61,488 nt of DNA from an uncultured Planctomycetia bacterium (GCA_964440235.1 CAYTQI010000002.1:36686-98173), one strand, 5' to 3'; counted from the stretch's first letter, positions 29,848 to 41,136 are shown. Notes: generated by a model not told the origin, from the sequence alone. Made by a program: numbers and translations.

Positions 29848-32800
29848 AACATTCGGATTTTGTTCACCTGCACGTTCACACACAATACAGCCTGCTGGAT
29901 GGCGCCTGCCGTCTGCAGGAACTCGCGGATCTCGCGTCAAGATTAAAAATGCCGGCATGCGCCATTACCGACCACGGCAACATGTTCGGTGTTATCGAAT
30001 TTTACCAGAAAGTCGCGGCCGCGGGCGTAAAACCCATTATCGGCTGTGAGGTATATATCGCGCCGGAAAGCCGTTTTGAAAAGTCGAGCCATGGTATTCA
30101 GGAGGCGTCATTTCATCTGGTGCTTCTGGCAAAAGATGAAACCGGATACAAAAACCTGATGAAACTTGTCTCTATCGGCTACACAGAGGGTTTTTATTAC
30201 CGGCCGAGAATAGATAAAGAAGTGCTTGCCAGGCACAACGAAGGCCTCATAGGGCTTTCGGCGTGCCTTAAAGGGGAAATTCCGCATTTAATCCTTTCTT
30301 CGGGGATAGACAGCGCTAAAAAAACAGCTGATCAATTCAGGCACATATTCGGCAGGGGTAATTTTTATCTCGAACTTCAGAATAACGGTATAGACGACCA
30401 GACCAGGGTGAATAAGGCGCTTATAAAAATTTCAAAAGAACTGGATATTCCGCTGGTTGCCACCAACGACGTTCATTACCTGTCAAAAGATGACGCGAAG
30501 GCCCACGAGGCGCTGCTTTCTATCCAGACGCAAACAACGCTGGACAATCCGAACAGAATGAGATTTCAGACAGACGAATTTTATTTTAAACCGGCCGAAA
30601 TAATGAAAAAGGCCTTTGGGGAAATTGCGCCTCAATCCATAAAAAATACACTGGAAATCGCGGAAAAGTGCAACGTGGAGCTTGATTTCGGTAAAATCCA
30701 CCTTCCGCAGTATGATTCGCCGGATGGCATAACGCGCGAGGAATATCTAAGAAAACTGGTTTTTACGGGGCTTAAGAATAAATACGATATTTCCGATAAA
30801 ACCATAAAAAATAGGGTGGAACATGAATTACGAATAATTGAAAACAGCGGTTATACGAGTTATTTTCTGATTGCCTGGGATTTTGTGAATTTTGCCAAAA
30901 GAAAAGATATCCCGGTGGGCCCGGGCAGGGGTTCCGCGGCCGGAAGCGTAGTAAGTTACGCCCTCGGGATTACCGATATAGACCCGATCCGTTACGGACT
31001 GATTTTTGAGAGGTTTTTAAATCCGGAGAGGATCAGCATGCCCGATATTGACATAGATTTCTGCTACGAGCGAAGAAATGAAGTGATAGACTACGTGATA
31101 AATAAATACTCTAAAAATAATGTCGCCCAGATCATTACTTTCGGCACGATGATGGCGAAGGGGGTGGTAAGGGATGTCGGAAGAGTAATGGGAATGCCTT
31201 ACGCCGAAGTTGATAAAATCGCCAAACTCATACCGAATGAGCCGAATATATCGTTGGAAAGGGCCCTCGCCATTGAACCGGAGCTCAAGAGTTTATATGA
31301 TGATAACCCTAAGATCACGAGGCTTATAGATATTTCCCGAAAATTGGAAGGATTGACCCGCCATGCTTCGACTCATGCCGCGGGTGTTGTAATAAGCCAG
31401 CGGGACCTGACGGACTATGTCCCGCTTTTTGAAACTTCGGACGGCCAGATTACGACTGGCGTGCCCATGAATTCACTCGAAAAAATAGGGCTTCTTAAAA
31501 TGGATTTTCTTGGGCTCCGGACGTTGACTGTTATAAGCGAAGCCGTAAAAATTGTGAAGAGGACCCGTTCAATCGATATCGTTATCGAAAAGATAAAACT
31601 TGACGACAAAAAAACCTATGCCCTCCTGGCGCGCGCGGAATCCATAGGAATATTTCAGCTGGAAAGTTCGGGTATGCGCGACCTTATGAAAAAGCTTAAG
31701 CCCGAAAAATTCGAGGAGATAATAGCCCTTCTCGCGCTTTTCAGGCCCGGGCCTATACAAAGCGGTATGCTCGATGATTTTATAAAACGCAAGCATAAGA
31801 CCTCACGGATAACATATGACCATCCGTTGCTGGAGCCGATACTTGAGAGTACTTACGGTATTATCGTGTTTCAGGAGCAAATCATGAGAATCGCCTCTGA
31901 TCTGGCCGGTTTCAGTTTGGCGGAAGCCGATACCTTACGGCGGGCTATAAGCAAGAAAACCCCGGAAATTATGGCGGAGGCCAGGCATAAATTTGTGAAG
32001 GGAGCCGGCAAAAAAGGCGTTGAAAAAAATACGGCCGATAAAATTTTCAGCCTGATAGAATATTTTTCCGGGTATGGGTTTAATCTTTCTCACAGCGCGG
32101 CGTACGCGATGATAAGTTACCGCACCGCTTACCTCAAGGCCAATTTCCCGGTTGAGTTCATAACAGCCCTTCTGACAAGCGAGCGCGATAATACCGACAA
32201 GGTTGCCCTCTACATAAACGAAGCGTTCAGAATGGGTATAAAAATTTTACCGCCCGATGTAAATGAAAGTTTCGCGAATTTTACAGTAGTCGAGGAAGGG
32301 GTGCGTTTCGGCCTTGCCGCCGTAAAAAACGTGGGCCAGAGCGCTATCGATTCCATTATCAACTCGAGATCGAAATTCGGAAAGTTTAAGTCTCTTTACG
32401 ATTTTACGCAGCGCGTTGATTCAAGACTGGTTAACAGGAGGGTTATCGAGAGCCTCGTTAAGTGCGGGGCGTTTGATTCGCTTGGTATACGACGGTCCCA
32501 GCAAATGGCCATACTTGACAAGGCGCTGGATATAGCCGGGGGCATGCAGAAAGATAAAATGAACGGCCAATTTTCTTTCTTTGATACTTTTGACATGCAG
32601 GAAAGTTTTCAGAAAACCTTCAGGGAAATTCCGGATATTCCCGAGTGGCCGGAAAGCCAGCTGCTTTCATATGAAAAGGAGATGCTGGGATTCTATATAA
32701 CCAAGCATCCGCTGGCCAGTTTTGAAAAATTGCTGAAAAATTACTCCTCTTTTCCCATATCACAACTCGGGAATCTGAGGGACGGGGATGAGGTACGCCT

Positions 32801-33290
32801 CGGTGGCATTATAAGTAAGGCCAAGATCACCACTACTAGAAAAAAAGGTGAAAAAATGGCGATAGTGAGCCTGGAAGATTTGACCGGCACGGTGGGAACG
32901 CTTGTTTTTCCGAGAAGTTTTCAGAAATTTTCGAATCTCGTTAAAGTGGATTCAATGGTTTTCATAACAGGCAGGCTCAGTTTAAGGGAAGAAGAGCCGA
33001 AGCTTATAGCCGATGAGATTATCCCGCTGGAAGAAGTGAAGTCTAAATTTACAAAAGCAATGATGATAAGGCTCCAGACCCCGGGGCTGGAAAAATCCAC
33101 CTTGAGCGCTTTAAAGAGCATACTTTCGCGGCACAGGGGGAAGGTGCCGGTCCTTTTAAATTTCCAGGAATCAGACGGTAAGATGATCAGTATGTCAGCC
33201 GGCAGGAATTATTTCGTAAAGATGGATGATCTTCTTCTTGAGGAAGTTGAAAACCTGTGCGGTTCCGGAAGCGTAGGGGTTAAAACATGA
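29844..33290 (+). CDS. dnaE: DNA polymerase III alpha subunit
   Basis: HLHVHTQYSLLDGA, GPGRGSAAGS, MPDIDIDF, LLKMDFLGL, YGFNLSHSAAY. Confidence 0.98.
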   Translation: MKHSDFVHLHVHTQYSLLDGACRLQELADLASRLKMPACAITDHGNMFGVIEFYQKVAAAGVKPIIGCEVYIAPESRFEKSSHGIQEASFHLVLLAKDETGYKNLMKLVSIGYTEGFYYRPRIDKEVLARHNEGLIGLSACLKGEIPHLILSSGIDSAKKTADQFRHIFGRGNFYLELQNNGIDDQTRVNKALIKISKELDIPLVATNDVHYLSKDDAKAHEALLSIQTQTTLDNPNRMRFQTDEFYFKPAEIMKKAFGEIAPQSIKNTLEIAEKCNVELDFGKIHLPQYDSPDGITREEYLRKLVFTGLKNKYDISDKTIKNRVEHELRIIENSGYTSYFLIAWDFVNFAKRKDIPVGPGRGSAAGSVVSYALGITDIDPIRYGLIFERFLNPERISMPDIDIDFCYERRNEVIDYVINKYSKNNVAQIITFGTMMAKGVVRDVGRVMGMPYAEVDKIAKLIPNEPNISLERALAIEPELKSLYDDNPKITRLIDISRKLEGLTRHASTHAAGVVISQRDLTDYVPLFETSDGQITTGVPMNSLEKIGLLKMDFLGLRTLTVISEAVKIVKRTRSIDIVIEKIKLDDKKTYALLARAESIGIFQLESSGMRDLMKKLKPEKFEEIIALLALFRPGPIQSGMLDDFIKRKHKTSRITYDHPLLEPILESTYGIIVFQEQIMRIASDLAGFSLAEADTLRRAISKKTPEIMAEARHKFVKGAGKKGVEKNTADKIFSLIEYFSGYGFNLSHSAAYAMISYRTAYLKANFPVEFITALLTSERDNTDKVALYINEAFRMGIKILPPDVNESFANFTVVEEGVRFGLAAVKNVGQSAIDSIINSRSKFGKFKSLYDFTQRVDSRLVNRRVIESLVKCGAFDSLGIRRSQQMAILDKALDIAGGMQKDKMNGQFSFFDTFDMQESFQKTFREIPDIPEWPESQLLSYEKEMLGFYITKHPLASFEKLLKNYSSFPISQLGNLRDGDEVRLGGIISKAKITTTRKKGEKMAIVSLEDLTGTVGTLVFPRSFQKFSNLVKVDSMVFITGRLSLREEEPKLIADEIIPLEEVKSKFTKAMMIRLQTPGLEKSTLSALKSILSRHRGKVPVLLNFQESDGKMISMSAGRNYFVKMDDLLLEEVENLCGSGSVGVKT

Positions 33291-33679
33291 TTGACAGGAA
33301 GCTGGAGGAAAATATAAAAAAAGCAAAAGAATTTGCGGAAATCTGGGAAAATTTCCGCAGGATTTTTAACAATAATGACGAAAAAAACTTCTTGGCGACA
33401 AAAACCCTCGTGAATTCGCGATATGATGACTTGATGGATTCAATAGGAGAAAAGCCGATAAAAAGATTTGTCAAAAACGCTTCTCTTTACAATATTCTTT
33501 CGCTGAAAAATCTTTCCATGATGTCGGATGAACGGCTAAGAATGATAAAGGGGGACTGGGAGGAATCCCGCGCCTTTCTTTTTTCACTGATCAATAGGCT
33601 CCAGAGGAAGAAAAAACGTATAGACGAATTTAACAGATTCTTTTTTCTGTTAAAAAACGCTGTAAGGAGAAAGAGATGA
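33287..33679 (+). CDS. Hypothetical helical protein
   Basis: 130-aa ORF overlapping both dnaE and the HU gene by 4 nt (translational coupling). Confidence 0.75.
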   Translation: MIDRKLEENIKKAKEFAEIWENFRRIFNNNDEKNFLATKTLVNSRYDDLMDSIGEKPIKRFVKNASLYNILSLKNLSMMSDERLRMIKGDWEESRAFLFSLINRLQRKKKRIDEFNRFFFLLKNAVRRKR

Positions 33680-33948
33680 CAAAAAAAGAAATCATCACAA
33701 AAATATCCGACCGCACGGACATGAAACAGGTGAAGGTAAAAAAGGTTATCCAAATGGCGCTTGATATAATTGTAGAATCCCTTTCAAAAGGGGAAACCGT
33801 GGAACTTCGCAACTTCGGAATTTTTAAAATAAAATCCCGAAAAGCCCGGCTCGGCCGGAACCCAAAAACGGGCGAGAGCGTTAAAATACCGGGCAAAAAA
33901 GTGGTGGCGTTCAAGGCCGGATTGGCTATGAAGGAAAAGGCGCGATGA
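33676..33948 (+). CDS. HU/IHF-family DNA-binding protein
   Basis: MTKKEIITKIS...VELRNFGIFKIKSRKARLGRNPKTGE. Confidence 0.95.
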   Translation: MTKKEIITKISDRTDMKQVKVKKVIQMALDIIVESLSKGETVELRNFGIFKIKSRKARLGRNPKTGESVKIPGKKVVAFKAGLAMKEKAR

Positions 33949-34019
33949 CCTATGCTTAAAGCCCGGGGATGCGGGGATAGCAGAGGCCGACTCGGGCACG
34001 GGCGCTTGAGGAAATAAAA

Positions 34020-35303
34020 ATGCGATATAAATCGATAAGAGGGATGAGTGATATATTGCCGCGGGACACCGGCGCCTGGCGGCGTATCGAACAAATCACG
34101 CGACTTGAGCTTGAGTCCTCCGGATATAAAGAGATAAGAACTCCGATCCTTGAGGATACCGCTGTTTTTAAAAGAAGCATAGGCGAGACAACCGATATAG
34201 TGACGAAAGAGATGTATACTTTTTCAGACAGGAAGGGAAGGGCCCTAACGCTGCGGCCCGAAGGAACCGCGCCTGTTGTAAGGGCTTATATTGAGAACGC
34301 GCTAAATAAAATTTCGCCGGTATCGCTACTTTACTACATCGGGCCCATGTTCAGGAGCGAAAGGCCGCAGAAAGGACGATCCCGGCAATTTCATCAGATA
34401 GGCATAGAGATTATCGGATCGCGTTCTCCGCAGGTTGATGGAGAAGTGATTTACAGGTTGAACAGGCTACTTGGGGCTTTCGGCCTTACAAATGCCGTGA
34501 TAAAACTGAATAGTTTAGGTTGTAGGCAGGATAAAGCCGGATTTACGGACAAGTTGAAAAAATATTTGCGGGCCGAAAAAAAGAGGCTATGCGAGGATTG
34601 CAAGAAAAGGATAGAAAAAAACGCAATGAGAGTTCTTGACTGCAAGAATGAGTCCTGCCTTTTAGTCATAAAGAACGCCCCAAAAATCATAGACAGTTTA
34701 TGCGATAAGTGCCTTCATCATTTTTCACTTGTAAAGGCAATGCTTAGGGCCAGGGGCGGGGAAATAGATTTTCAGGAAGACCATAATCTTGTAAGGGGGC
34801 TGGATTATTATACGGGCCCCGTATTTGAGGTTACGCATCCCGGCCTGGGCGGACAGGACGCGCTGGCCGCCGGCGGCAGATATGACAATCTGGTGAAGGA
34901 ATTCGGCGGGCCGGATACCGGCGCCGCGGGATTTGCCATAGGGATTGAGAGGCTGATGCTGGCGCTGGGCGAAAAAAAAGAATTTAAAAAGCCGAAAATT
35001 TTGTATATTGCCACGCTGGGGGATGAAGCAAGATCAAAAGGTTTATTGCTGGCGGAAAGGCTTAAACAGGTTTTAAACGCATCGCAAACATTGAATTGTG
35101 TTGTTTTGCTTAATATGGAAAACGCTTCACTAAAGGCCCAGATGAGAAGCGCTAATAGAGAAAATGCCAAAATTACGGTGATTCTGGGCGCGGACGAGAT
35201 AAAGTCCGAAAAAATAACCATAAAAGACATGGAAAGCGGCGAGCAGGTTTCTATCGAGGAAAATTTTTTTTCCGGGGAAATAAAGAAAAGGATAGGCTTA
35301 TAA
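34020..35303 (+). CDS. hisS: Histidine--tRNA ligase
   Basis: LRPEGTAPVVRA, FRSERPQKGRSRQFHQIG, LVRGLDYYTG, GGRYD. Confidence 0.97.
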   Translation: MRYKSIRGMSDILPRDTGAWRRIEQITRLELESSGYKEIRTPILEDTAVFKRSIGETTDIVTKEMYTFSDRKGRALTLRPEGTAPVVRAYIENALNKISPVSLLYYIGPMFRSERPQKGRSRQFHQIGIEIIGSRSPQVDGEVIYRLNRLLGAFGLTNAVIKLNSLGCRQDKAGFTDKLKKYLRAEKKRLCEDCKKRIEKNAMRVLDCKNESCLLVIKNAPKIIDSLCDKCLHHFSLVKAMLRARGGEIDFQEDHNLVRGLDYYTGPVFEVTHPGLGGQDALAAGGRYDNLVKEFGGPDTGAAGFAIGIERLMLALGEKKEFKKPKILYIATLGDEARSKGLLLAERLKQVLNASQTLNCVVLLNMENASLKAQMRSANRENAKITVILGADEIKSEKITIKDMESGEQVSIEENFFSGEIKKRIGL

Positions 35304-37063
35304 TGCTGCGAACTCACACCTGCGGCGAATTGAATGAAAAACACATAGGTGAAAAAGCGGCGCTTACCGGATGGGTGCACACCAGGCGCGATCACGGTGA
35401 ATTGATATTTGTTGATTTGCGAGACGCCTATGGGCTTACCCAGCTTGTATTTGACCCTAAAGAGGATCGCGCGTTGCATGACAAGGCGCATGAACTTAAA
35501 AGTGAATATGTTATCCGCGCCGAGGGCATTGTGCGGACTCGGCCGTCAGGGACGAAAAACACAAAACTTCCTACAGGCGCCGTGGAGCTCCTTGTGAATT
35601 CGCTTGATATCCTGAACACTTCTCTTACGCCTCCATTTGAGGTGGGCGAGAATCAGGTAATATCGGAGGAGACACGCCTTAAATACAGGTACATAGATTT
35701 AAGAAGCCAACGCATGCAAAAAAACCTGCGCCTGAGGCACAGTATAAAATACTCCATGAGGGGTTTTCTGGAAAAAAGGAATTTTGTTGAAATAGAGACG
35801 CCTTTTCTCACGCGTTCGACTCCGGAAGGCGCGCGTGATTACCTTGTTCCTTCGCGGCTCAACGCGGGAAAATTTTACGCCCTTCCTCAATCGCCGCAGC
35901 TTTTTAAGCAGATACTCATGGTTTCCGGGTTTGACCGGTATTTTCAGATAGCGCGGTGCTTCAGAGATGAGGATTTACGAAGAGACAGGCAGCCGGAATT
36001 TACTCAGTTAGATGTTGAAATGAGTTTTGCCGATGAAAACGATATATTCGGACTATCGGAAGGCCTGATGAAAGAGGTAATCGGTACTGTATCCGGTATA
36101 GGGATTACCGTTCCGTTTCCGAGATTAAAATATACCGAAGCGATAGAGCGTTTCGGCACCGACAAACCGGATACAAGATTTGGCATGGAACTTGCCGGCT
36201 TAACAGGGGCGCTAAAAGACACGAAGTTCAAGATATTCAGAAATAATCTCGAAAAAGGCGGTTCGATTTACGCTATAAACGTAAAAGGACGTTCCAAAAT
36301 AAGCCGGTCAGGGCTTGATGGCCTCATAGAAAGGGCAAAAGAGTTGGGCGCTTCGGGACTGGCGTATTTTAAGTGCGAAAAGGGAAAGCTTTTTTCGAAC
36401 ATAGATAAGTTTTTCAGCGAAGCGGAGCTGGATTCCATAAAGGCAAAGGCCTCCGCCAAAGACGGCGATCTTATTCTTATCGTGGCGGATGCCAAAAAAA
36501 CGGCACTTGGCGTATTGGGCGTTTTGAGGACTGAAATCGCTAAAAGCGAGGGGATGATCGGCGAAGGGCAGTATAATTTTCTATGGATAACGGATTTTCC
36601 TTTGTTCAAATATAACGAAGACGAAAAAAAGTGGGAATCGGAGCATCACCCGTTCACGGCGTGCAATGATGACGATATTAAGCTGCTGGACGAAAACAGA
36701 TTCGGTGAAATACGCGCGCGTTCCTATGACCTTGTAATAAACGGCGCCGAAATCGCCTCCGGCAGTATAAGGATTCACCGGAGTGATATCCAGGAGAAAA
36801 TTTTCAAGATCATAGGGCTTGGCGGAAAAGAGGCGGAAAGGCGTTTTGGTTTTTTAATAAACGCGTTTAAATACGGCGCCCCTCCGCATGGAGGGATAGC
36901 CTTCGGCCTGGACAGGTTTGTCACGATCTTTACGAAATCAAATACGATAAGGGATGTGATTGCTTTTCCGAAAACTCAAAAGGCGGTTTGCCCCACGACA
37001 GGCGCGCCTTCTGATGTGGACGAAAGGCAGATGAAAGAGTTGCATATCCGAAAGAGTAAATAA
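35303..37063 (+). CDS. aspS: Aspartate--tRNA ligase
   Basis: LRTHTCGEL, LPQSPQLFKQ, FRDEDLRRDRQPEFTQLD, PPHGGIAFGLDR. Confidence 0.98.
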   Translation: MLRTHTCGELNEKHIGEKAALTGWVHTRRDHGELIFVDLRDAYGLTQLVFDPKEDRALHDKAHELKSEYVIRAEGIVRTRPSGTKNTKLPTGAVELLVNSLDILNTSLTPPFEVGENQVISEETRLKYRYIDLRSQRMQKNLRLRHSIKYSMRGFLEKRNFVEIETPFLTRSTPEGARDYLVPSRLNAGKFYALPQSPQLFKQILMVSGFDRYFQIARCFRDEDLRRDRQPEFTQLDVEMSFADENDIFGLSEGLMKEVIGTVSGIGITVPFPRLKYTEAIERFGTDKPDTRFGMELAGLTGALKDTKFKIFRNNLEKGGSIYAINVKGRSKISRSGLDGLIERAKELGASGLAYFKCEKGKLFSNIDKFFSEAELDSIKAKASAKDGDLILIVADAKKTALGVLGVLRTEIAKSEGMIGEGQYNFLWITDFPLFKYNEDEKKWESEHHPFTACNDDDIKLLDENRFGEIRARSYDLVINGAEIASGSIRIHRSDIQEKIFKIIGLGGKEAERRFGFLINAFKYGAPPHGGIAFGLDRFVTIFTKSNTIRDVIAFPKTQKAVCPTTGAPSDVDERQMKELHIRKSK

Positions 37064-37112
37064 GCGGACGCGAAGCGGGTGCGTTACCCGCTGTAACTAC
37101 AAGGAGGTCGCT

Positions 37113-37544
37113 ATGAGATTTTTTCCGGTCGTAATATTGTTGTTCAGCATTGTCCTGTCCGGGTGTTCAGGCGCGCGAATTTACACTTTTGAGAAAGACC
37201 GGGTTGACCAGCGAACGGAAGGAAACCGCGGCTACGTGAAAGGTACGCCTCCGCCGGAGCCGGTAAAAAAGAGTACGGCGAAAAGAACTATGATAGGTAT
37301 AGATATGGAAGTTCCTCTATTACCCGGAGAAAAAGGGTATAAGACGACGTGCGGCGGCACGGTTATTCATGCTGATGACATAAAAATGAAACCGACCCCG
37401 GCGGGTAAGAAGAAAAAAACACCCGAAAAAAAGCCCGCAGGCCCCGTATATGAGAAAAAAACCGTTATCATTGAGGAAAAAACCTCCCTGAAACAAAAAT
37501 CGAAAGAAGTGATTGTTGAAGAAGAGGACGTCTGGATCAAATAG
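37113..37544 (+). CDS. Hypothetical lipoprotein
   Basis: Lipobox signal MRFFPVVILLFSIVLSG-C; AGGAGG Shine-Dalgarno site. Confidence 0.8.
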   Translation: MRFFPVVILLFSIVLSGCSGARIYTFEKDRVDQRTEGNRGYVKGTPPPEPVKKSTAKRTMIGIDMEVPLLPGEKGYKTTCGGTVIHADDIKMKPTPAGKKKKTPEKKPAGPVYEKKTVIIEEKTSLKQKSKEVIVEEEDVWIK

Positions 37545-38498
37545 ATGGAAAAAGGCATTCGCTTAAACAACGACGCCGAGGCAAGGAGCCTTCTCGGAAA
37601 ACATGACGTTAACATGAAGCTTATCGAGAGGTCTTTCGGCATAAGTTCGGTGCTTCGCGCGGGAATCCTGAAGCTTACGGGCGCCCCGGAAGGTGTCGAG
37701 AAAGCGTCACGTGTAATAGAAGAAATTCTCATAACAATACGCGAAGGAATTTACATAAAGGCACGTGATCTTAATTACGCGATAAAATCGGTAAAGGAAG
37801 ACAAGAAGGTAAGGCTGCATGATATCTACCTCGAGAGAATAGAGGTTTCATCAAAACGGCTTTATATCATACCGAGAAGTAACGGCCAGAAGGCCTATAT
37901 TGACGCTATCCGTAAATACGATATTGTATTTTGCATAGGACCCGCCGGCACCGGAAAAACCTATCTTGCGGTAGCCATGGCCGTCAATGCTTTGAAGAAA
38001 AAAATAGTTTCCAGGATTATTCTGGCGCGCCCGGCGGTTGAGGCCGGCGAAAGCCTCGGATATCTTCCCGGGAATATGTATGACAAGGTGAGCCCTTATC
38101 TTCGGCCAATGTACGATGCCCTATACGACATGATGGAGAGCGATATGATACACGACTACATACAGAGGGGTATTATTGAGGTGGTTCCGTTGGCGTACAT
38201 GAGGGGCAGGACCCTGAATGATTCCTTTGTTATACTGGACGAGGCGCAGAATTCCCAGCCCGCGCAGATGAAAATGTTTCTGACGCGCCTGGGATTCGAC
38301 TCAAAAACGGTTATTACCGGTGACATAACCCAGAGCGATCTCCCGAAAGGTAAGGTATCCGGACTCACGGAGGCCGGGTCAATTTTGAAAAACATAAACG
38401 GTATAGAATTTGTTTACTTAAAAGGCGAGGACGTCGTTAGGCACGAGCTGGTTTGCGAGATTATAAAAGCGTATGCTGCCTTGAAAAAAACGGAGTAA
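37545..38498 (+). CDS. phoH: PhoH-family ATPase
   Basis: GPAGTGKTYLA, RPAVEAGESLGYLPG, AYMRGRTL, DEAQN, TGDITQSDL. Confidence 0.95.
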   Translation: MEKGIRLNNDAEARSLLGKHDVNMKLIERSFGISSVLRAGILKLTGAPEGVEKASRVIEEILITIREGIYIKARDLNYAIKSVKEDKKVRLHDIYLERIEVSSKRLYIIPRSNGQKAYIDAIRKYDIVFCIGPAGTGKTYLAVAMAVNALKKKIVSRIILARPAVEAGESLGYLPGNMYDKVSPYLRPMYDALYDMMESDMIHDYIQRGIIEVVPLAYMRGRTLNDSFVILDEAQNSQPAQMKMFLTRLGFDSKTVITGDITQSDLPKGKVSGLTEAGSILKNINGIEFVYLKGEDVVRHELVCEIIKAYAALKKTE

Positions 38499-38501
38499 CA
38501 A

Positions 38502-40745
38502 ATGGTAAAGATCAGGCGTTTCTTAGACCACGGTACGCTTCGGCTCAAAAAAATTCGAAAAACCCCGTATTTCTATTCCGCCGTTGTGGCGGCCTGCTTC
38601 TGTCTGACAACATTCGGCCTTCTCTATCTTGGAAGCGCGCCATTTCTTTCCGAGCTTAAGGAAGGCGACGTTTCGACAAGGACCGTCTACGCGCCATACG
38701 AATTTACCTACCCGACTACCATTGATGAAGAGGCGACAAAAAAATTAAGGGACGAATTTGAAAGTAAGGTTCTGCCTGTTTATGGAATAGATATTTCGAT
38801 ACAGGAAAAGGCTCTTGCCGGGTTGGACAGGTTTTTTGATAAGATGGAGGGAATAAAAAGCGGGCCCGGGCTGACCGAAGAAAATAAAATCGAACTTCTC
38901 GAAGAAAACGCCCCCGGTGTATCCGAAAAGGATTTGGTAAAATTGTTGAAAGCGGCTAATCCGGAAAAAAACAGAAAGGCGGCGAAAGACGCGCTGGAAA
39001 ATATATTTCTGGTAGGCGTGGTGAGCGTAAAGGATAAAAAAGAGCTCCTGGAGAAAGGGCAGCGGGAAATTTCAATGTCTAACCCTTTCTTCAAAACTGA
39101 AAGAAAAGTAAAATCCGAAGAACTTGTAGATGAAAAAGAGGCCATCAAAATTGTTAATGACACGTTGGAAAGGATAATCACGAGGGACCGTTTGGCGAGA
39201 CAGGCTGTTGAGGGCCTTATCAAAGGTAAAGCGGTTGCGAACGCGCGTTTCAACAAAGATGAAACGGAAAGACGCGTGATCAAAGCGAGAAACGAGGTTG
39301 TACCCGTTTACAAGAGGAAGGCCGTAAAAAAGAATGAACTTATCGTGGAAAAAGGCGGGAGGCTCTCAAAGGATGAGATAATCAAGCTTACGCAGATAAC
39401 GCGTATTCAGGCCATAGTAAACAGGACATCTTATCTGGCGGGCCTCACAATACTTCTGATCGGCCTTCTTTTCGCTGTCTGTATTTATTTGCTTCTTCTT
39501 GAAAAAAATCTCGTGCAGTCACCGAAAACTGTACTCCTTATCGCCATAAACGCTTTTTTGATCATTCTGATTTCCCTGGTGGTTGTCCAGTCCCAGCAGT
39601 CATTTTACCTGATACCGCTTGCGAGCATCGCGATGCTTTTAACTCTTCTTGCGGGCGCGAACGCCGCTTTCATAACAAGCCTCGCGCTAAGCGTTTACAT
39701 AGGTTTCCTGGCGGGCGGCAAGCTCGGGCTTTCTTTCATGCTTTTTATGGGAAGCATGGTGGGAATATGCGCGGTTCGAGGCGCGAGAAAGCGTTCGCAG
39801 ATATTCGTGGCCGGTTTTGCGGTTTCAGCCATAAATTTCATTTCCATAGTGGGCATAGGCCTTCTTTCCAACATGGGAAAAGAGGCGATTTTTAAAGAGG
39901 GCCTTTCCGGCGCGGTAAATGGTATCATCTCGAGCTTTATTGTCATAGGATTTTTGCCGGTTTTCGAGTATACATTTAGTCTCATCACAAACATCACGCT
40001 TCTCGAACTTTCGGATTTAAGTAACCCTATTCTCAAAGACCTTACGATAAAGGCGCCCGGTACTTATCATCACAGCATAATTGTCGGCAATCTGGCGGAG
40101 GAGGCCTGTGACTCGATCGGGGCAAACTCGCTTCTCGCCAGAGTAGGCGCGTATTATCATGATATCGGTAAAATGGAAAAGGCGGAGTATTTCGTGGAAA
40201 ACGAGATGGGCATTTCCTCAAAACACAAGAAGCTTGTCCCCTCTATGAGCGCGCTTATTATTACCAATCACACCAAGGACGGGGTGGAAATCGCCAAAAA
40301 ACACAAATTAAACACAGCGATCATTGATTTTATCAATCAGCATCACGGCACGAGCCTTATTTATTACTTTTACCAGCGGGCGCTTGAAAAAGTTAAATCA
40401 AGCGATGAGTTGAAAGAGGATGAATTCAGGTATCCCGGGCCGAAGCCGCAAACTAAAGAGACGGCAATTGTGCTCCTGGCGGATTCGGTAGAGGCGTCTT
40501 CGCGCATGTTGAGTGACCCGACTCCGTCAAGAATCAGGGGGCTTGTACAGAAAATAATAAACAACAAGTTTATAGACGGCCAGCTGGACGAATGCCCCCT
40601 TACGCTGAACGATCTTAATAAAATAGCGGAAAGTTTTGTCAGGGTCCTGACAGGCGTTTTTCACACACGGCTGGAATACCCGGAGGCAAAGTCCAGAAAA
40701 GAACGGCAGAATGTCTTTAAAAATAAGAATCAGCAATCTCAATAA
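38502..40745 (+). CDS. 7TM-HD phosphohydrolase (PgpH-like cyclic-di-AMP phosphodiesterase family)
   Basis: Extracellular domain, 7 TM segments, APGTYHHS, YYHDIGK, HHGT, VLLADSVEA. Confidence 0.9.
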   Translation: MVKIRRFLDHGTLRLKKIRKTPYFYSAVVAACFCLTTFGLLYLGSAPFLSELKEGDVSTRTVYAPYEFTYPTTIDEEATKKLRDEFESKVLPVYGIDISIQEKALAGLDRFFDKMEGIKSGPGLTEENKIELLEENAPGVSEKDLVKLLKAANPEKNRKAAKDALENIFLVGVVSVKDKKELLEKGQREISMSNPFFKTERKVKSEELVDEKEAIKIVNDTLERIITRDRLARQAVEGLIKGKAVANARFNKDETERRVIKARNEVVPVYKRKAVKKNELIVEKGGRLSKDEIIKLTQITRIQAIVNRTSYLAGLTILLIGLLFAVCIYLLLLEKNLVQSPKTVLLIAINAFLIILISLVVVQSQQSFYLIPLASIAMLLTLLAGANAAFITSLALSVYIGFLAGGKLGLSFMLFMGSMVGICAVRGARKRSQIFVAGFAVSAINFISIVGIGLLSNMGKEAIFKEGLSGAVNGIISSFIVIGFLPVFEYTFSLITNITLLELSDLSNPILKDLTIKAPGTYHHSIIVGNLAEEACDSIGANSLLARVGAYYHDIGKMEKAEYFVENEMGISSKHKKLVPSMSALIITNHTKDGVEIAKKHKLNTAIIDFINQHHGTSLIYYFYQRALEKVKSSDELKEDEFRYPGPKPQTKETAIVLLADSVEASSRMLSDPTPSRIRGLVQKIINNKFIDGQLDECPLTLNDLNKIAESFVRVLTGVFHTRLEYPEAKSRKERQNVFKNKNQQSQ

Positions 40746-41136
40746 AAATACAAAAATAGACACCCCGGCCGTAAAAAAGGCCGCTTTGAGGGTATTACGA
40801 GGTTTTGGCAAAAAAGAAGCGCTTATTGATATAACTTTCGTGGGGAATGTAAGAATAACGGCCCTGAATAAAAAATACATGGGACGGTCCGGTTCAACGG
40901 ATGTTCTTTCGTTTTTGCTGGCAAAAAACGAGGGCCGGAAAAAAAGCCGCCTCATAGGTGATATTTACATTTCTTCCGATGCGGCCCGACAGAACGCCGC
41001 GCGCTTTAAAACCGGCCTGCCGGCAGAACTGCTTCGTTATGTTGTACACGGGACGCTGCACCTTGTCGGTTTTGATGATAAAACCGCTAAAGAAAAAATT
41101 AAAATAAAAAAACTGGAAGATAAATATTTGAAATAA
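40711..41136 (+). CDS. ybeY: rRNA maturation endoribonuclease YbeY
   Basis: STDVLSF, GDIYIS, zinc motif HGTLHLVGFD. Confidence 0.93.
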   Translation: MSLKIRISNLNKNTKIDTPAVKKAALRVLRGFGKKEALIDITFVGNVRITALNKKYMGRSGSTDVLSFLLAKNEGRKKSRLIGDIYISSDAARQNAARFKTGLPAELLRYVVHGTLHLVGFDDKTAKEKIKIKKLEDKYLK